Assembly (NCBI GenBank): GCA_963662275.1
Contig: OY759316.1
Span: forward strand, 4,288,001 to 4,352,000
Length of the DNA stretch: 64,000 nt
Reading direction: 5' to 3'
From: Candidatus Cloacimonadales bacterium
GTDB lineage: Bacteria; Cloacimonadota; Cloacimonadia; Cloacimonadales; DAONDQ01
Shown here: positions 39,015 through 50,100 of the stretch, piece after piece
Layout of the letters: the number at the start of each line of letters is the position of its first letter
How positions within the stretch are numbered: position 1 is the stretch's first letter
Translations under genes and position numbers: made by a program
The notes under the pieces: model-generated
The model's input: only the letters and a program-made list of their open reading frames with translations
Database searches by the model: none
Told to the model about the DNA's origin: nothing

Positions 39015-39494
39015 ATGGCAATATTTTCTGAAGATCTGATGTCTATAGGTGTCAAAACTGACACAAAAACGGAACTCTTAATGTTAATGGTGAATATGAT
39101 GCATACCAGTCAGGCGATTGATTCAATCGAACGCTTTAAAAATGCTATCTTCGGAAGAGAAGAAATCATGAGTACGGGTATCGGAAGGGGCATAGCCTTA
39201 CCGCATGGTCGGGATATTTGTGTCAGGGAACTTAAAGTTGCAGTTTGTATACTTGATCAACCCCTTGATTTTGATGCATTAGACCAGGAACCAGTGCGAA
39301 TTGTCTTTATGATTGCAGTACCTCAATCAGCCGGTAAACAATATATGCGTGTATTAAGCAGCATTTCGCATTTCACTCGGGAGGAGGAGCATCGGCAAAT
39401 GATGCTTTCTTGCCTAACGACCCAAGAATTAAGCAACATGTTAAAAGAGATCGAAAATGCAATTCAAAAAGATTTGGCTACTTCTACTTCTTAG
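39015..39494 (+). CDS. PTS sugar/nitrogen EIIA component (PtsN-like)
   Basis: REEIMSTGIGRGIALPHGR phospho-His motif, DFDALDQEPV; start at ATG 39015 after GAGGG. Confidence 0.85.
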   Translation: MAIFSEDLMSIGVKTDTKTELLMLMVNMMHTSQAIDSIERFKNAIFGREEIMSTGIGRGIALPHGRDICVRELKVAVCILDQPLDFDALDQEPVRIVFMIAVPQSAGKQYMRVLSSISHFTREEEHRQMMLSCLTTQELSNMLKEIENAIQKDLATSTS

Positions 39495-40410
39495 TGTCCT
39501 CTTCATCTGCTCACTTCCTGCGGCAAATCAGAAAGCCGGAACAACCGGATTCAATTTTCTAAAAATCATCTATTCTGCTCGAGCTTCAGCTCTTGGCTCA
39601 GCATTTTCGGCAATGGACAAAGATGCTGACGGAATGTTTTATAACCCCGGCAGTTTAGTGACATTACAGGAACGACAGTTTAAAACTACTTTTATGAATT
39701 ATCTATCTGGATATCAAGGTGGTTCTGTCGTCTATGGTACGAAAGTAAATGCGCAAACAGCTTATGGTTTCTATATCTCATATCTGCAAAGTGATGACAT
39801 CGAAAAAACATTAGTTACTTCAACGGGTGATTTTGCCGGTACCGATGGTACTTTCGGTTCATCGGATATGGTTGCGGGAGCAGTGGTTTCAAAGCATCTT
39901 AGTGATATGGTGCAGGCAGGTTTTGCCTTAAAGTATGTACGGGAGAGTATTGATACTTATTCAGCCTCCGGGGTAGCATTAGATATTGGCTTTCAGCACC
40001 AGCCTGTTAATCCCAAAGTTAGAGTTGGCATAGCGATTCGTAATCTCGGTGCCCAATTGACTTACTTTACGGATAGCAAGTATCATGAAAAATTACCTGT
40101 AGTGATAAATGGTGGCATTAAATATGCTTTTAAACCTAACTTCCAGGGGATGTTTGAGATCGTTAGTCCTGTAAGTCAGAATTTATCAGCCCTACTCGGT
40201 GCAGAATATCAATATAATGATCAGTTTACCGGTCGGATAGGTTATAAGACAAATGCCTCTGATTGGAAGAACGGAGGTTCTTTGGAAATCCTTTCAGGTA
40301 TATCAGCCGGAGTTGGATTTAATTGGCATTATTTGGGATTAGATTATGCCTATATTTCTTATGGAGATTTAGGATCGGTAAACCAAATATCTCTTCGTTA
40401 TCGCTTCTAA
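39457..40410 (+). CDS. PorV/PorQ (UPF0164)-family outer-membrane beta-barrel
   Basis: Signal peptide; FLKI..SARASALGSAF...FYNPGSL; DYAY...GDLG...SLRYRF with terminal Phe. Confidence 0.8.
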   Translation: MQFKKIWLLLLLSVLFICSLPAANQKAGTTGFNFLKIIYSARASALGSAFSAMDKDADGMFYNPGSLVTLQERQFKTTFMNYLSGYQGGSVVYGTKVNAQTAYGFYISYLQSDDIEKTLVTSTGDFAGTDGTFGSSDMVAGAVVSKHLSDMVQAGFALKYVRESIDTYSASGVALDIGFQHQPVNPKVRVGIAIRNLGAQLTYFTDSKYHEKLPVVINGGIKYAFKPNFQGMFEIVSPVSQNLSALLGAEYQYNDQFTGRIGYKTNASDWKNGGSLEILSGISAGVGFNWHYLGLDYAYISYGDLGSVNQISLRYRF

Positions 40411-40419
40411 AGCAAAGAC

Positions 40420-40449
40420 AGACCGAATCGTGAAGGGTTCGGTCTTTTT
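40420..40449 (+). terminator. Intrinsic terminator
   Basis: AGACCGAAT...GTTCGGTCT followed by TTTT. Confidence 0.65.
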
Positions 40450-40473
40450 ATTTTTCATAAATATGAGGTAAAT

Positions 40474-42567
40474 GTGGAATACAAAGATATTCTCTTGGAA
40501 ATTGGTCTTGAGGAATTGCCTGCTTCTTATATCATACCTGCCATAGAAAAATTGACTTATTTTTTCAAACAACAGCTTTCTGATGCGCATTTGGTATATT
40601 CAGAAATCGTTCATTTTTCAACTCCACGCCGTTTAGCAATGATCATTCGTAACTTACAAACTCAGCAAGCAGATGAACAAATTGAAAAAATCGGACCTGC
40701 TGTTCATGTAGCCTACAAACAAGAAGGAGTATTGTCTCCGGCTGGAGAAGGTTTTGTTCGAAATAGTGGTGTAGGTAAAGAAAATATTACGATTAAAACT
40801 ACTCCCAAAGGTGACTATATTGCAGTAGTCATAGAGAAGAAAGGTCTTTCTGCAAGTGAAATTCTTCAAGATCTTATTCCCAAATCTATTTTCCAAATTC
40901 AATTTCCAAAACAGATGCGCTGGGGTTCCCAGGAAACTTCCTACGCCCGTGCAGTTCGATGGATCATAGCTTTGTCCGGAGAAGAGATTATTCCTGTTCA
41001 CATTTTTGATTTGTCTTCAAACCGCATTACTTATGGTAATCGGTTTCAAAAACTGGAAAATAGAATCGAAATATCATCCCCTTCTCATTATGAAGAATCC
41101 TTAGAAAAGGTTTTCGTGATTGCTGATAGAGAGAAGCGGAAGCAGTCTATTCAATCTCAACTTGACAGTATGTTTGTGGGAACTGATTTGCATGTTGTTC
41201 CCGATCATAAATTATTGGATATTGTTGTTGACCTGGTTGAATATCCTACCGCGGTTAGTGCGACATTTGATGTTAAATACCTGGCATTACCGGAAAAAAT
41301 CATTACTTCCACGATCAGTGAAAACCAGAAGTACTTCGCAGTTGAATCAGCGAACGGAAAACTGCAAAATACTTTTGTCTTTATCTCAAACGGGAATCCG
41401 CTTTATTCAGATGTAATACGTAGGGGAAATGAAAAAGTAATCATTCCGCGTCTCGAAGATGCTCAATTCTATTTCCATGAAGATACTAAAGAATTACTTG
41501 AATTCTATGTACCCAAACTGAAAGAAGTTACATTCCAGGCGCAATTGGGTAGTTTATTTGAGAAAACTGAACGCATGATGGCATTAGGTTTATATATTAG
41601 CCAAGAATTGAATTTCAATGAAGATCTTACTCGAAAAATCAAACGTTCGATTGAATTATCAAAAGCTGACCTGGTAACTCTCATGCTTGGAGAAAAGGAA
41701 TTTACGAAACTCCAAGGTTATATCGGGATGAAATATGCCTTGCTGCAAGGTGAAGATCATGAAGTAGCAACAGGTATCTTTGAACATTACCAACCTCGAG
41801 GACAAAATGATACTCTTCCCACAACAATTTGTGGGGCAGTAGCTGCCATTTCTGATAAGTTAGACACCGTTTGCGGTATTATTGGTGTTGGTATGTTGCC
41901 GACAGGTTCGAACGATCCTTTCGCTTTGAGACGTGCCGCTAATGGCATTGTTCAGATCCTGGATCAGTTCGGGTGGCAGTTGAATTTGCATGGATTAATA
42001 GATAAATCTTACCAGTTATTACAGGACAAATTGATGACACCTGGTAAAAACAAGGAATTTACCTATGATTTCTTTCATCAGCGAGTCAATTGGCTTTTAC
42101 AACAGGATGAAATTGATTATGACATTATTTCCAGCGTCATGCATATATCTTATCAATCTATTGCAGAAATCAAGCAACGTGCTCTTGATATCAGGTCATT
42201 TCGTAAACGTGATGATTTTATTCGCTTAGTCATTGGTTTCAAAAGAGTATCTAACATCCTGGTCTCCGAGAAAGTTGAAGGCGAAATTGATAAAGAAATC
42301 TTATGTGAAGTCGCAGAAAAGAATCTCTGCCGGGAATATGAAATATTATCCAGTAAAGTACACGAATACCTGGGGAAGAAAGAATTCCACAAAATCATGG
42401 AAGCTTTAGTGGAATTCGGACCATATATTGATCATTTCTTTGAGGATGTTCTGGTAAATGATTCAGATGTAAATATTCGCAGGAATCGTTTCAGGCTTTT
42501 AGCCAGGATCAGGATATTGTTTATGACCGTGTGTGATCTGACGAAAATTGTTGTGGAAGGTGAATAG
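40474..42567 (+). CDS. glyS: Glycine--tRNA ligase beta subunit
   Basis: LLEIGLEELP, TPRRLA, FPKQMRWG, KADLVT, EF..LQG, GSNDPFALRRAA. Confidence 0.96.
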   Translation: MEYKDILLEIGLEELPASYIIPAIEKLTYFFKQQLSDAHLVYSEIVHFSTPRRLAMIIRNLQTQQADEQIEKIGPAVHVAYKQEGVLSPAGEGFVRNSGVGKENITIKTTPKGDYIAVVIEKKGLSASEILQDLIPKSIFQIQFPKQMRWGSQETSYARAVRWIIALSGEEIIPVHIFDLSSNRITYGNRFQKLENRIEISSPSHYEESLEKVFVIADREKRKQSIQSQLDSMFVGTDLHVVPDHKLLDIVVDLVEYPTAVSATFDVKYLALPEKIITSTISENQKYFAVESANGKLQNTFVFISNGNPLYSDVIRRGNEKVIIPRLEDAQFYFHEDTKELLEFYVPKLKEVTFQAQLGSLFEKTERMMALGLYISQELNFNEDLTRKIKRSIELSKADLVTLMLGEKEFTKLQGYIGMKYALLQGEDHEVATGIFEHYQPRGQNDTLPTTICGAVAAISDKLDTVCGIIGVGMLPTGSNDPFALRRAANGIVQILDQFGWQLNLHGLIDKSYQLLQDKLMTPGKNKEFTYDFFHQRVNWLLQQDEIDYDIISSVMHISYQSIAEIKQRALDIRSFRKRDDFIRLVIGFKRVSNILVSEKVEGEIDKEILCEVAEKNLCREYEILSSKVHEYLGKKEFHKIMEALVEFGPYIDHFFEDVLVNDSDVNIRRNRFRLLARIRILFMTVCDLTKIVVEGE

Positions 42568-42573
42568 AAAATA

Positions 42574-42862
42574 GGGGTGGCGAACTCCGATTCGCCACAT
42601 GCCAAATCTGAGTTTAGTATCCTAGAAAGGTCGATTTTGAAGTCCGAATTTCCTATTACTTGAGAAGCTGTAGTAGATTCGATGGAAATTTGAACTCCAA
42701 ACTCTTAGTGATAAAATGTCGGTTTGAACTTCTCTGAAAAGGATTTTCGCTACCGATGATGAAAGATCGGTTTGAAGTCCAATTTCCCTTTTAGCCGGGT
42801 GGTAATTGATAGTTTTACTTGGGAAATTGAACTCCAAACTCTTAGTTCATGTAAAGTCCAGA
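42574..42862. repeat. Composite REP/REPIN-like element
   Basis: REP doublet shared with 16366-16414, followed by two TTGAAGTCC...TTGAACTCCAAA modules shared with 33310-33515 in swapped order. Confidence 0.8.
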
Positions 42863-42888
42863 ATATTATATAAATAAAGTTAGGAGGA

Positions 42889-44091
42889 ATGATGGCAATC
42901 AAACTCTCAAATCGGATAAGGATGATTCAACCTTCACCTACATTAGGCATAGCAACCAAGGCAAAGGAGATGACAGCCGAAGGAATCAATGTAATTAACT
43001 TTGGTGTTGGCGAACCGGATTTTAATACTCCTGAATATATTAAAGAAGCCGGTAAACAAGCGATAGATTCAAATTTTACACGTTATACAGCTAATGCCGG
43101 AATTCCAGAGTTACGGCAAGCAATTTGTCAGAAACTACAGATTGATAATGGGCTTGTATATCAGCCAAAGAACATCCTTGTTTCACCTGGAGCAAAGGCT
43201 TCTATCCTGAATGTTTTAATTGCCCTGTGTGATATGGGTGATCAAGTCATTATTCCTGTTCCATATTGGGTCAGTTATCCTGCCCAAGTTGAGCTTGCAA
43301 ATGGAAAACCTCTCTATCTTCAAACGGAAGAAGCAAATGATTTTAAAATCGATCCAATTCAATTGGAAATTTTGATCAAAAAGAATCCTAATGCCAAGGT
43401 CATGATATTAAACTCTCCAAGTAATCCTACCGGAACAGTTTATAACCGTTCGGAATTGGAGAAGATAGCTAAGATATGTTTGGATTATAATATATTCGTA
43501 ATTTCTGATGAAATCTATGAAAAGCTAGTTTACGATGGTGAAATCCATTATTCGATTGCCTCTGTCAGTAAAGAAATGCAAGAAATGACAGCAGTCATAA
43601 ATGGAGTATCCAAAGCCTATGCAATGACAGGCTGGAGATTAGGTTATGCTGCCGGTCCGGTTGCAGTCATTGCCGCAGCAGGTCGAGTCCAGGAACATGC
43701 AACTTCCTGTGTGAATTCAATTGCCCAGAAGGCGGTTTTAACAGCGTTAACTGAAGAAGATGGGTCGGTTGAAAGAATGAGGCAAGAATTCTCAAAACGG
43801 AGAGTCTTTCTGCGTGATGAATTATGCAAAATACCACATATCACCTGCACAAATCCCAAAGGCGCTTTTTATTTAATGCCGAATGTTTCCTGGTATTTGC
43901 ATAACAATGTGATGAGAATAAAGGATACAGATGCACTAAGTACCTTTATGCTGGAAGAATTCCATGTAGCCCTTGTGGCTGGCAGCTCTTTTGGTGATGA
44001 TCGTTTTATGCGTTTTTCCTATGCGAATAGTCTGGATAATCTGAAAGAAGGTGTGAATCGTTTTGCAGCAGGTTTGCGGAGTTTACTCTAA
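42889..44091 (+). CDS. aspC: PLP-dependent aminotransferase class I (aspartate aminotransferase-like)
   Basis: GEPDF, NSPSNPTG, SDEIYE, SKAYAMTGWRLGY, GAFY, RFSYA. Confidence 0.85.
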   Translation: MMAIKLSNRIRMIQPSPTLGIATKAKEMTAEGINVINFGVGEPDFNTPEYIKEAGKQAIDSNFTRYTANAGIPELRQAICQKLQIDNGLVYQPKNILVSPGAKASILNVLIALCDMGDQVIIPVPYWVSYPAQVELANGKPLYLQTEEANDFKIDPIQLEILIKKNPNAKVMILNSPSNPTGTVYNRSELEKIAKICLDYNIFVISDEIYEKLVYDGEIHYSIASVSKEMQEMTAVINGVSKAYAMTGWRLGYAAGPVAVIAAAGRVQEHATSCVNSIAQKAVLTALTEEDGSVERMRQEFSKRRVFLRDELCKIPHITCTNPKGAFYLMPNVSWYLHNNVMRIKDTDALSTFMLEEFHVALVAGSSFGDDRFMRFSYANSLDNLKEGVNRFAAGLRSLL

Positions 44092-44110
44092 ATCAAGATC
44101 AAGGTTGGAT

Positions 44111-44317
44111 ATGAAATACTTAAAAGATGAAATACAAAATAGGTGGAAGGATCATAGGCAGAATAGTTCTGGAACCTGGTCAGGTATGATTATTAAAATT
44201 GCTCTCCTGGTCTTGGTAGTTTGGTTAATAAGCAATATGCAACCTGGGAAAGGGTACTTTTTAAAGAATTTCTTAAAATCTAACCAGGTAACTCAACCAT
44301 CGAAGGGGACAAAATGA
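44111..44317 (+). CDS. Small single-TM hypothetical protein
   Basis: ATG at 44111, one hydrophobic helix, stop overlaps the next start (ATGA). Confidence 0.55.
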   Translation: MKYLKDEIQNRWKDHRQNSSGTWSGMIIKIALLVLVVWLISNMQPGKGYFLKNFLKSNQVTQPSKGTK

Positions 44318-45210
44318 GTCTCGTGATTGTTGGTTCCATTGCCTTAGATTCAATAACTACACCAAATGGTTCAATAACAGATGCCCTTGGTGGTTCAGCA
44401 ATTTATGCCTCATTGGCTGCAAGACACTTTTGTGAGCCTCATCTCGTTGGTGTAGTGGGTAATGATTTTCCGATCAGTTCCTTACAAATGTTGAAAAAAA
44501 GGGGCATCAATATAGATGGTTTAGAAATTAAGACGGGTAAAACATTTCGTTGGAAAGGTGAATATCAGCAATGGAATTATGCCTTAACCCAAGAGACTCA
44601 ACTGAATGTTTTTGCAGATTTTGATCCGCAGTTACCTTCTAGTTGCATTGCGGGTGATTTTCTTCTCCTGGGAAATATCCATCCTGCTTTACAATTAAGT
44701 GTTTTGAACCAGATCGGGACTCATAAACTTTCTTCCTGTGATACCATGAATTATTGGATCGATCGAACCTATATTCAACTGCTGGAAGTTATAAAAAGAG
44801 TAGATATTGTCTTTATTAATGAAGAAGAAATACGCACACTGACAACTCTTCAGAATGTTTATTCTGCGGGGCAAAAAGTACTTGAATTAGGACCTCGGAT
44901 CGTCGTAATCAAAAGAGGCGAGTATGGATCAGTGGTAATGGGCAGAAATTTCCTTTTCTTTGCACCCGGTTATCCTGTGAAGGAAATCATTGATCCAACA
45001 GGTGCAGGTGATAGTTTTGCCGGGGGCTTCATGGGCTATCTTACCAAAGTCGGGAAATTTGATGAACAAACAATTAAAGAAGCCACAATTTATGGAACAG
45101 TAATGGCTTCATATAATGTCTCGTCATTCAGCACTCAAGTGCTTGAATCTGTAGAAAAATATGAGATTGATAAAAGGAAAAAAGAATTACATGAGTGGGT
45201 TGAATTTTAG
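44314..45210 (+). CDS. PfkB-family carbohydrate/nucleoside kinase
   Basis: GSIALD, LGGSA, KRGEYGS, DPTGAGDSFAGGF. Confidence 0.9.
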   Translation: MSLVIVGSIALDSITTPNGSITDALGGSAIYASLAARHFCEPHLVGVVGNDFPISSLQMLKKRGINIDGLEIKTGKTFRWKGEYQQWNYALTQETQLNVFADFDPQLPSSCIAGDFLLLGNIHPALQLSVLNQIGTHKLSSCDTMNYWIDRTYIQLLEVIKRVDIVFINEEEIRTLTTLQNVYSAGQKVLELGPRIVVIKRGEYGSVVMGRNFLFFAPGYPVKEIIDPTGAGDSFAGGFMGYLTKVGKFDEQTIKEATIYGTVMASYNVSSFSTQVLESVEKYEIDKRKKELHEWVEF

Positions 45211-45218
45211 GTATTGGC

Positions 45219-46238
45219 ATGGATTATAAAAATTCAGGTGTCGATATTGAAGCTGGTGAAAAGGCAGTATCTCAAATAAAACCTCTTGTCCGATCTACGT
45301 TTAATAAAAATGTAATGACCGATATTGGTGGTTTTGGTGGATTATATGCCTTGGACCTGGTAAAATGGAAAGAGCCAGTTCTTGTTTCCAGCATGGATGG
45401 AGTCGGCACAAAGCTTATGATTGCACAGAAGGCTAGTATATATAATACAATAGGTCAAGACTTAGTGAATCATTGCGTCAATGACATTTTCGTACAGGGA
45501 GCAATTCCGCAGTACTTTCTTGATTATATTGGTGTCGGGAAACTGTCCACGGATGTTGTCTATCAAATAATTACAGGATTAAGCAAGGCATGTAAGGAAA
45601 ATGAAATATCCTTAATTGGTGGAGAGATGGCTGAAATGCCTTGTATATATGCTGAAAATGATTTTGATCTTGCTGGAACGATTGTTGGTTTAGTGGAGAA
45701 AAAGAATCTGATTGATGGTCAGAAGATACAACCAGGTGATATTATCCTGGGTTATCCATCAAATGGTCTTCATACAAATGGATATTCACTAGCGAGAGAT
45801 ATTATTTTTCAGAAATTGAATTTGGAAATAGACTCATATGTATCGGATTTATGTGAAACAGTAGGAGATATCTTGTTAAAAATACATCGCTCCTATTTTC
45901 CGTATTTACGTAATTATATTGTTCCGGAAATGAATCATGGTATGGCTCATATTACGGGTGGTGGTTTACCGGGGAATATTAAGCGGATTATCCCGGATAA
46001 TTTACAGGCAGTTATTGAGACAGCAACCTGGCAAATACCAGATGTGTTCCGCTATTTACAGGATGCCGGAAATATTGAGATCATGGAAATGTTCAGAGTT
46101 TTCAATATGGGGATTGGTTTTGTAGTTGTCATACCTCCCAGTGTTGAAACAGAATTTATGCAAAACACAGCAGCTATTAAAATTGGGATCATTCAGAAAT
46201 CTGTTGATCAACGGTCAAAAGTGATTTTACATAGATGA
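45219..46238 (+). CDS. purM: Phosphoribosylformylglycinamidine cyclo-ligase
   Basis: YKNSGVDIEAG, DGVGTK, GGEMAEMP, SNGLHTNGYSL, AHITGGG, FNMGIG. Confidence 0.96.
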   Translation: MDYKNSGVDIEAGEKAVSQIKPLVRSTFNKNVMTDIGGFGGLYALDLVKWKEPVLVSSMDGVGTKLMIAQKASIYNTIGQDLVNHCVNDIFVQGAIPQYFLDYIGVGKLSTDVVYQIITGLSKACKENEISLIGGEMAEMPCIYAENDFDLAGTIVGLVEKKNLIDGQKIQPGDIILGYPSNGLHTNGYSLARDIIFQKLNLEIDSYVSDLCETVGDILLKIHRSYFPYLRNYIVPEMNHGMAHITGGGLPGNIKRIIPDNLQAVIETATWQIPDVFRYLQDAGNIEIMEMFRVFNMGIGFVVVIPPSVETEFMQNTAAIKIGIIQKSVDQRSKVILHR

Positions 46239-47086
46239 TAAAATGGCGTATTTTAACTAACGGGAAGATGTCAGCATCCGAAAATATGGCTATTGATGAA
46301 GCCATAATGAATGGTTTGGAAAGTGGTATTTCTGAACCAACAATCCGTTTTTATGATTGGAATCCACCTACGGTATCCTTTGGCTTCCACCAGGATATCG
46401 AAAAAGAGGCGGATTTAGAGAGAATTAATGCCAAAGGGTTTGGATTGATTAGACGTCCAACAGGTGGTAGATTAGTTCTACATAAAAATGAAATCACATA
46501 TGCGGTGATTGCACCTCTCTCAGATCACCTTGCTGGAAGTATCATAGATGTCTATGCAGAAATTAGTCTTGCGCTGGCAGAAGGTCTGCGGATGATGGGA
46601 ATCAATGTGCAGTTTGAAAAGGGCTCATTAACATCACAGGAACAGCGTGAAGTTAGTAATCCCTGTTTTTCAAGCAGCTCAAAGTATGAGTTAACCTATC
46701 AGCGAAAAAAGATAGTAGGCAGTGCTCAATTACGAAGGAATAATGTATTTCTTCAACATGGATCGATCCTATTGGAAAAAAATCAGGAAGAAGTAGCTGA
46801 TTTATTACCCGGTTTAACGGATGAACAACGGAAAAAATTGGGTCAATATTTACAAAAAAAAACAATCTCAATTAATGAAATAAGAGATATGCCTATTGCC
46901 TTTTCAGAAGCTGTAACTTATCTGATAACAGGATTTAAGAGCATTTGGACAATGGACTCGTTTTATGAGGTTAATCATCTTAATAACTTAGAAATAAAAG
47001 AAGTTAACGAATTGATCACAAAAAAATACGGTCAAGAGCATTGGACTTATGCCTTTAGTGATAATGGGAATAAGCGACAAAAATAA
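46235..47086 (+). CDS. Lipoate-protein ligase A / octanoyltransferase (LipM-like) family
   Basis: NMAIDEA, RRPTGGR.VLH, KIVGSAQ.R, LQHGSI. Confidence 0.85.
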   Translation: MIKWRILTNGKMSASENMAIDEAIMNGLESGISEPTIRFYDWNPPTVSFGFHQDIEKEADLERINAKGFGLIRRPTGGRLVLHKNEITYAVIAPLSDHLAGSIIDVYAEISLALAEGLRMMGINVQFEKGSLTSQEQREVSNPCFSSSSKYELTYQRKKIVGSAQLRRNNVFLQHGSILLEKNQEEVADLLPGLTDEQRKKLGQYLQKKTISINEIRDMPIAFSEAVTYLITGFKSIWTMDSFYEVNHLNNLEIKEVNELITKKYGQEHWTYAFSDNGNKRQK

Positions 47087-47168
47087 TTTGACATAAAGAT
47101 ATATAGAATTTGTTTTGATAGAAAGGTAGAATTTAAGAAATGGTTAGGATATAAGGGAGGATTCAGTA

Positions 47169-50100
47169 ATGCGAAAGCTATTTTTTGCAGTGATGATCTT
47201 ATGTTTATTTTGCAGTATGGCTTTGTTTGCTGCAACTACCGGTAAATTAGCTGGTAGAGTGACAGACTCAATGGGCCGACCTCTAGCTTATGCGAATGTC
47301 ATATTGCAAGGGACACAAATTGGAGCACAAACAAAGGAAAATGGTTCATTTATCATTATTAATGTTCCACCAGGAACATATAATGTGATATTTACTGCCA
47401 TAGGCTATGATAAATACACTGTTAATGGTGTTCGTATTAACGTGGACGGAACAGCTACGGTAAATGCAAAGTTGCCCATCAAAGGTGTTGCCATTGAAGG
47501 CGTGACTGTAAATGCCGTGCAAGAAAAGATACAGAAGGGAAAGGTTGGTTCCGGTAGAAATATCCAGATGGAACAAAGTGGAGACGTAGCAGTGAAAAGT
47601 GTTGAAGGTTTGATTGCACTTGAAGCTGGTGTTACACAGAGCGGTGGTGAAATTCATGTTCGTGGTGGTCGCGGTAATGAAGTAGTTTATTCTATCGATG
47701 GCATGTCTGTATCTGATCCTGTAGACGGTGGTGCAGCATTATCTGTGGATACTGATGCAATACAAGACATGTCAATCATGACTGGCAGTTTTTCAGCAGA
47801 ATATGGAAATGCACAATCTGGAGTCGTAAATATCGTGACTAAAGACGGAGATGAATTTTATTCTGGTAAAATTGAATTTGATACAGATCATATAATTAGT
47901 GAAGGAAGGAATTCAGACCTGGTTAAATTTGCTTTGGGAGGACCGATTCTAGGTAATATAGCACCTGCTTTGAAGAAAAGTCTGACTTTCTATATAAATG
48001 GTGCTGCTGCTTGGGACGATGGTTATTATCGTGCTCTTTATAAGAATTCTCCCAATAATGATTTTATTTATCGTTATCCAGTGTATGAAAACACAGATTC
48101 TATGCATGTAATCACTTCACGGTTACTCGAGAATGAATATTCAGCTAACGATCCATATAAGAATCGGAAGAACTTCATGGGATTTGATCTTGGAAATCGA
48201 AATTTCGATTCCTATAATTTAAATGCGAAAACAAAGTACGTTATTGATGCACTTCAGAATGTAACTTTTGGTATTCGTGGCGACCGCGTAACGAATAATC
48301 CTTTCAGTCATACTTGGAAATATGCTCTTGATCATTATTGGTCTGATCGGACTGATCAACGTCAGTATATCGTAACATATGATAAATCCTTCAGCCCTAA
48401 ACAAATGAACTTGAAGGTTAAAGCGAGTTATTATGATAAAGTTCATGACCTTGGACCAAAAGGAGTGGACAGAAATAATTACATGAGTCTATATATCAAT
48501 CCAGATTCATTGGCGAATCCTGTTAATCTTGCAGCTTATATCCGAAGAATAATGAATAGTTCAGATTATGGCTATATGAGCATTGACCAGATTGCCGATG
48601 GAGTGATGGATGATGGTTATTTACCTGCCAGTTTCTGGACATATCGTACACAGGGCTTAGAGAATGCCCAAAACGTGGAAGGATTTACCGCACCCGGCAC
48701 GATTTTTGATACATTCATTAATGATAAAACCTCTACTTTTAATTTTCGTGCTGATTTAGAATATCAGTTAAATTCAATTCACTTGGCAAAGACGGGATTT
48801 GAAGTTTATAAACACCATATTGTTAAAGATCAGTTGAGTGGTTTCTTAAGCATATATGAAGATCGTCGCCAGAAATACCTTGATCAAATTATTGATATTA
48901 CAGATACCTTGCAATATGTTGATACTGACTCAACTGAAACAGGTGCATTTGTACCTCCCCAATTATTGGGTGTGATACAAAACGGTGAAAATAACTATAT
49001 ACCAATCTATAAACCCCAGGATTATCTTGCCGCTGCTTACGCTGCATCCGGAAAACATGATAGTTATATAGCGGATCCGTGGCAGGGGGCTTATTATATC
49101 CAAGACAAGATGGAATGGGAAGGAATGATTGTAAACTTAGGTGTCAGGACAGATTTTTGGTATCTGGGAACAAAGTACCAGGTCAAGAATGATGATGGCA
49201 CATATCGTTATGAAGATTTCAAACCTGAAGAGAGATTACAATTAATGGTTTCACCAAGATTGGGTGTTTCTCATCCGATTTCTGAAAGAGATGTATTACG
49301 TTTCGCATATAATTATCAGAATCAATTACCGCAAATGCAATACATTTTTACAAGTAAGACTCCAGCAGATGCTCAGGTTTCTGATGAGATAATAACCGTA
49401 GGTAATCCCAAATTACAGCCACAGATAACGGTTACCTATGAAGTTGGTCTTCAGCACCAGATATCTGAAGATTATGTAGCGGATATCACTGCTTACTATA
49501 AGAATATATACAACTACGTCAGCACGAAGAAAGTAAGCCAGCCTGGACAAGAGCAGGTTTACTGGTATGAATATACTTCGGAAGATTATGGTAGTGCTCG
49601 AGGATTAGATTTGTCGGTGGAAAAGTATATGTCGAATTTCTTTTCTGCTAATCTAGCTTATTCTTTATCATGGGCTCAAGGTAATAATTCTGATGTTGTC
49701 ATCCAGGATGTGATGACTTCTCTCCGTGAATTTCCCTTGGATTGGGATATTCGTCACAATCTCAATGCAAGCTTCTCATTTAGAATAGATCGAGGAGAAG
49801 AATTCTTTATTCCCTTTACTTCCCTTATTTTACCCATAGATGATTTCTCAGCTAACGTAACTTATAACGTTGCTTCCGGAAGTCCATATACACCGCAGAC
49901 TTTGTTAGGTAGTACAGCACTGGATACAAACAGTAAGCGGAAGGATTTCACTCAAAACACGAATCTGAAGTTGACGAAAACGATTGCCATGAATAAAAAG
50001 ATGTCTGTCAGATTATTTATCGATGTCCAGAATCTATTTAAGAATATGAATGTCCTGACAGTCTATCCTAAGACAGGTTCGCCTTATGTTGATGGCACAG

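Noticed and set aside
42718..42770. Hammerhead-like GATGA...GAAA in repeat module A
   Set aside because: The CTGATGA core and three-stem arrangement are absent, and the motif is not conserved in the other copies.
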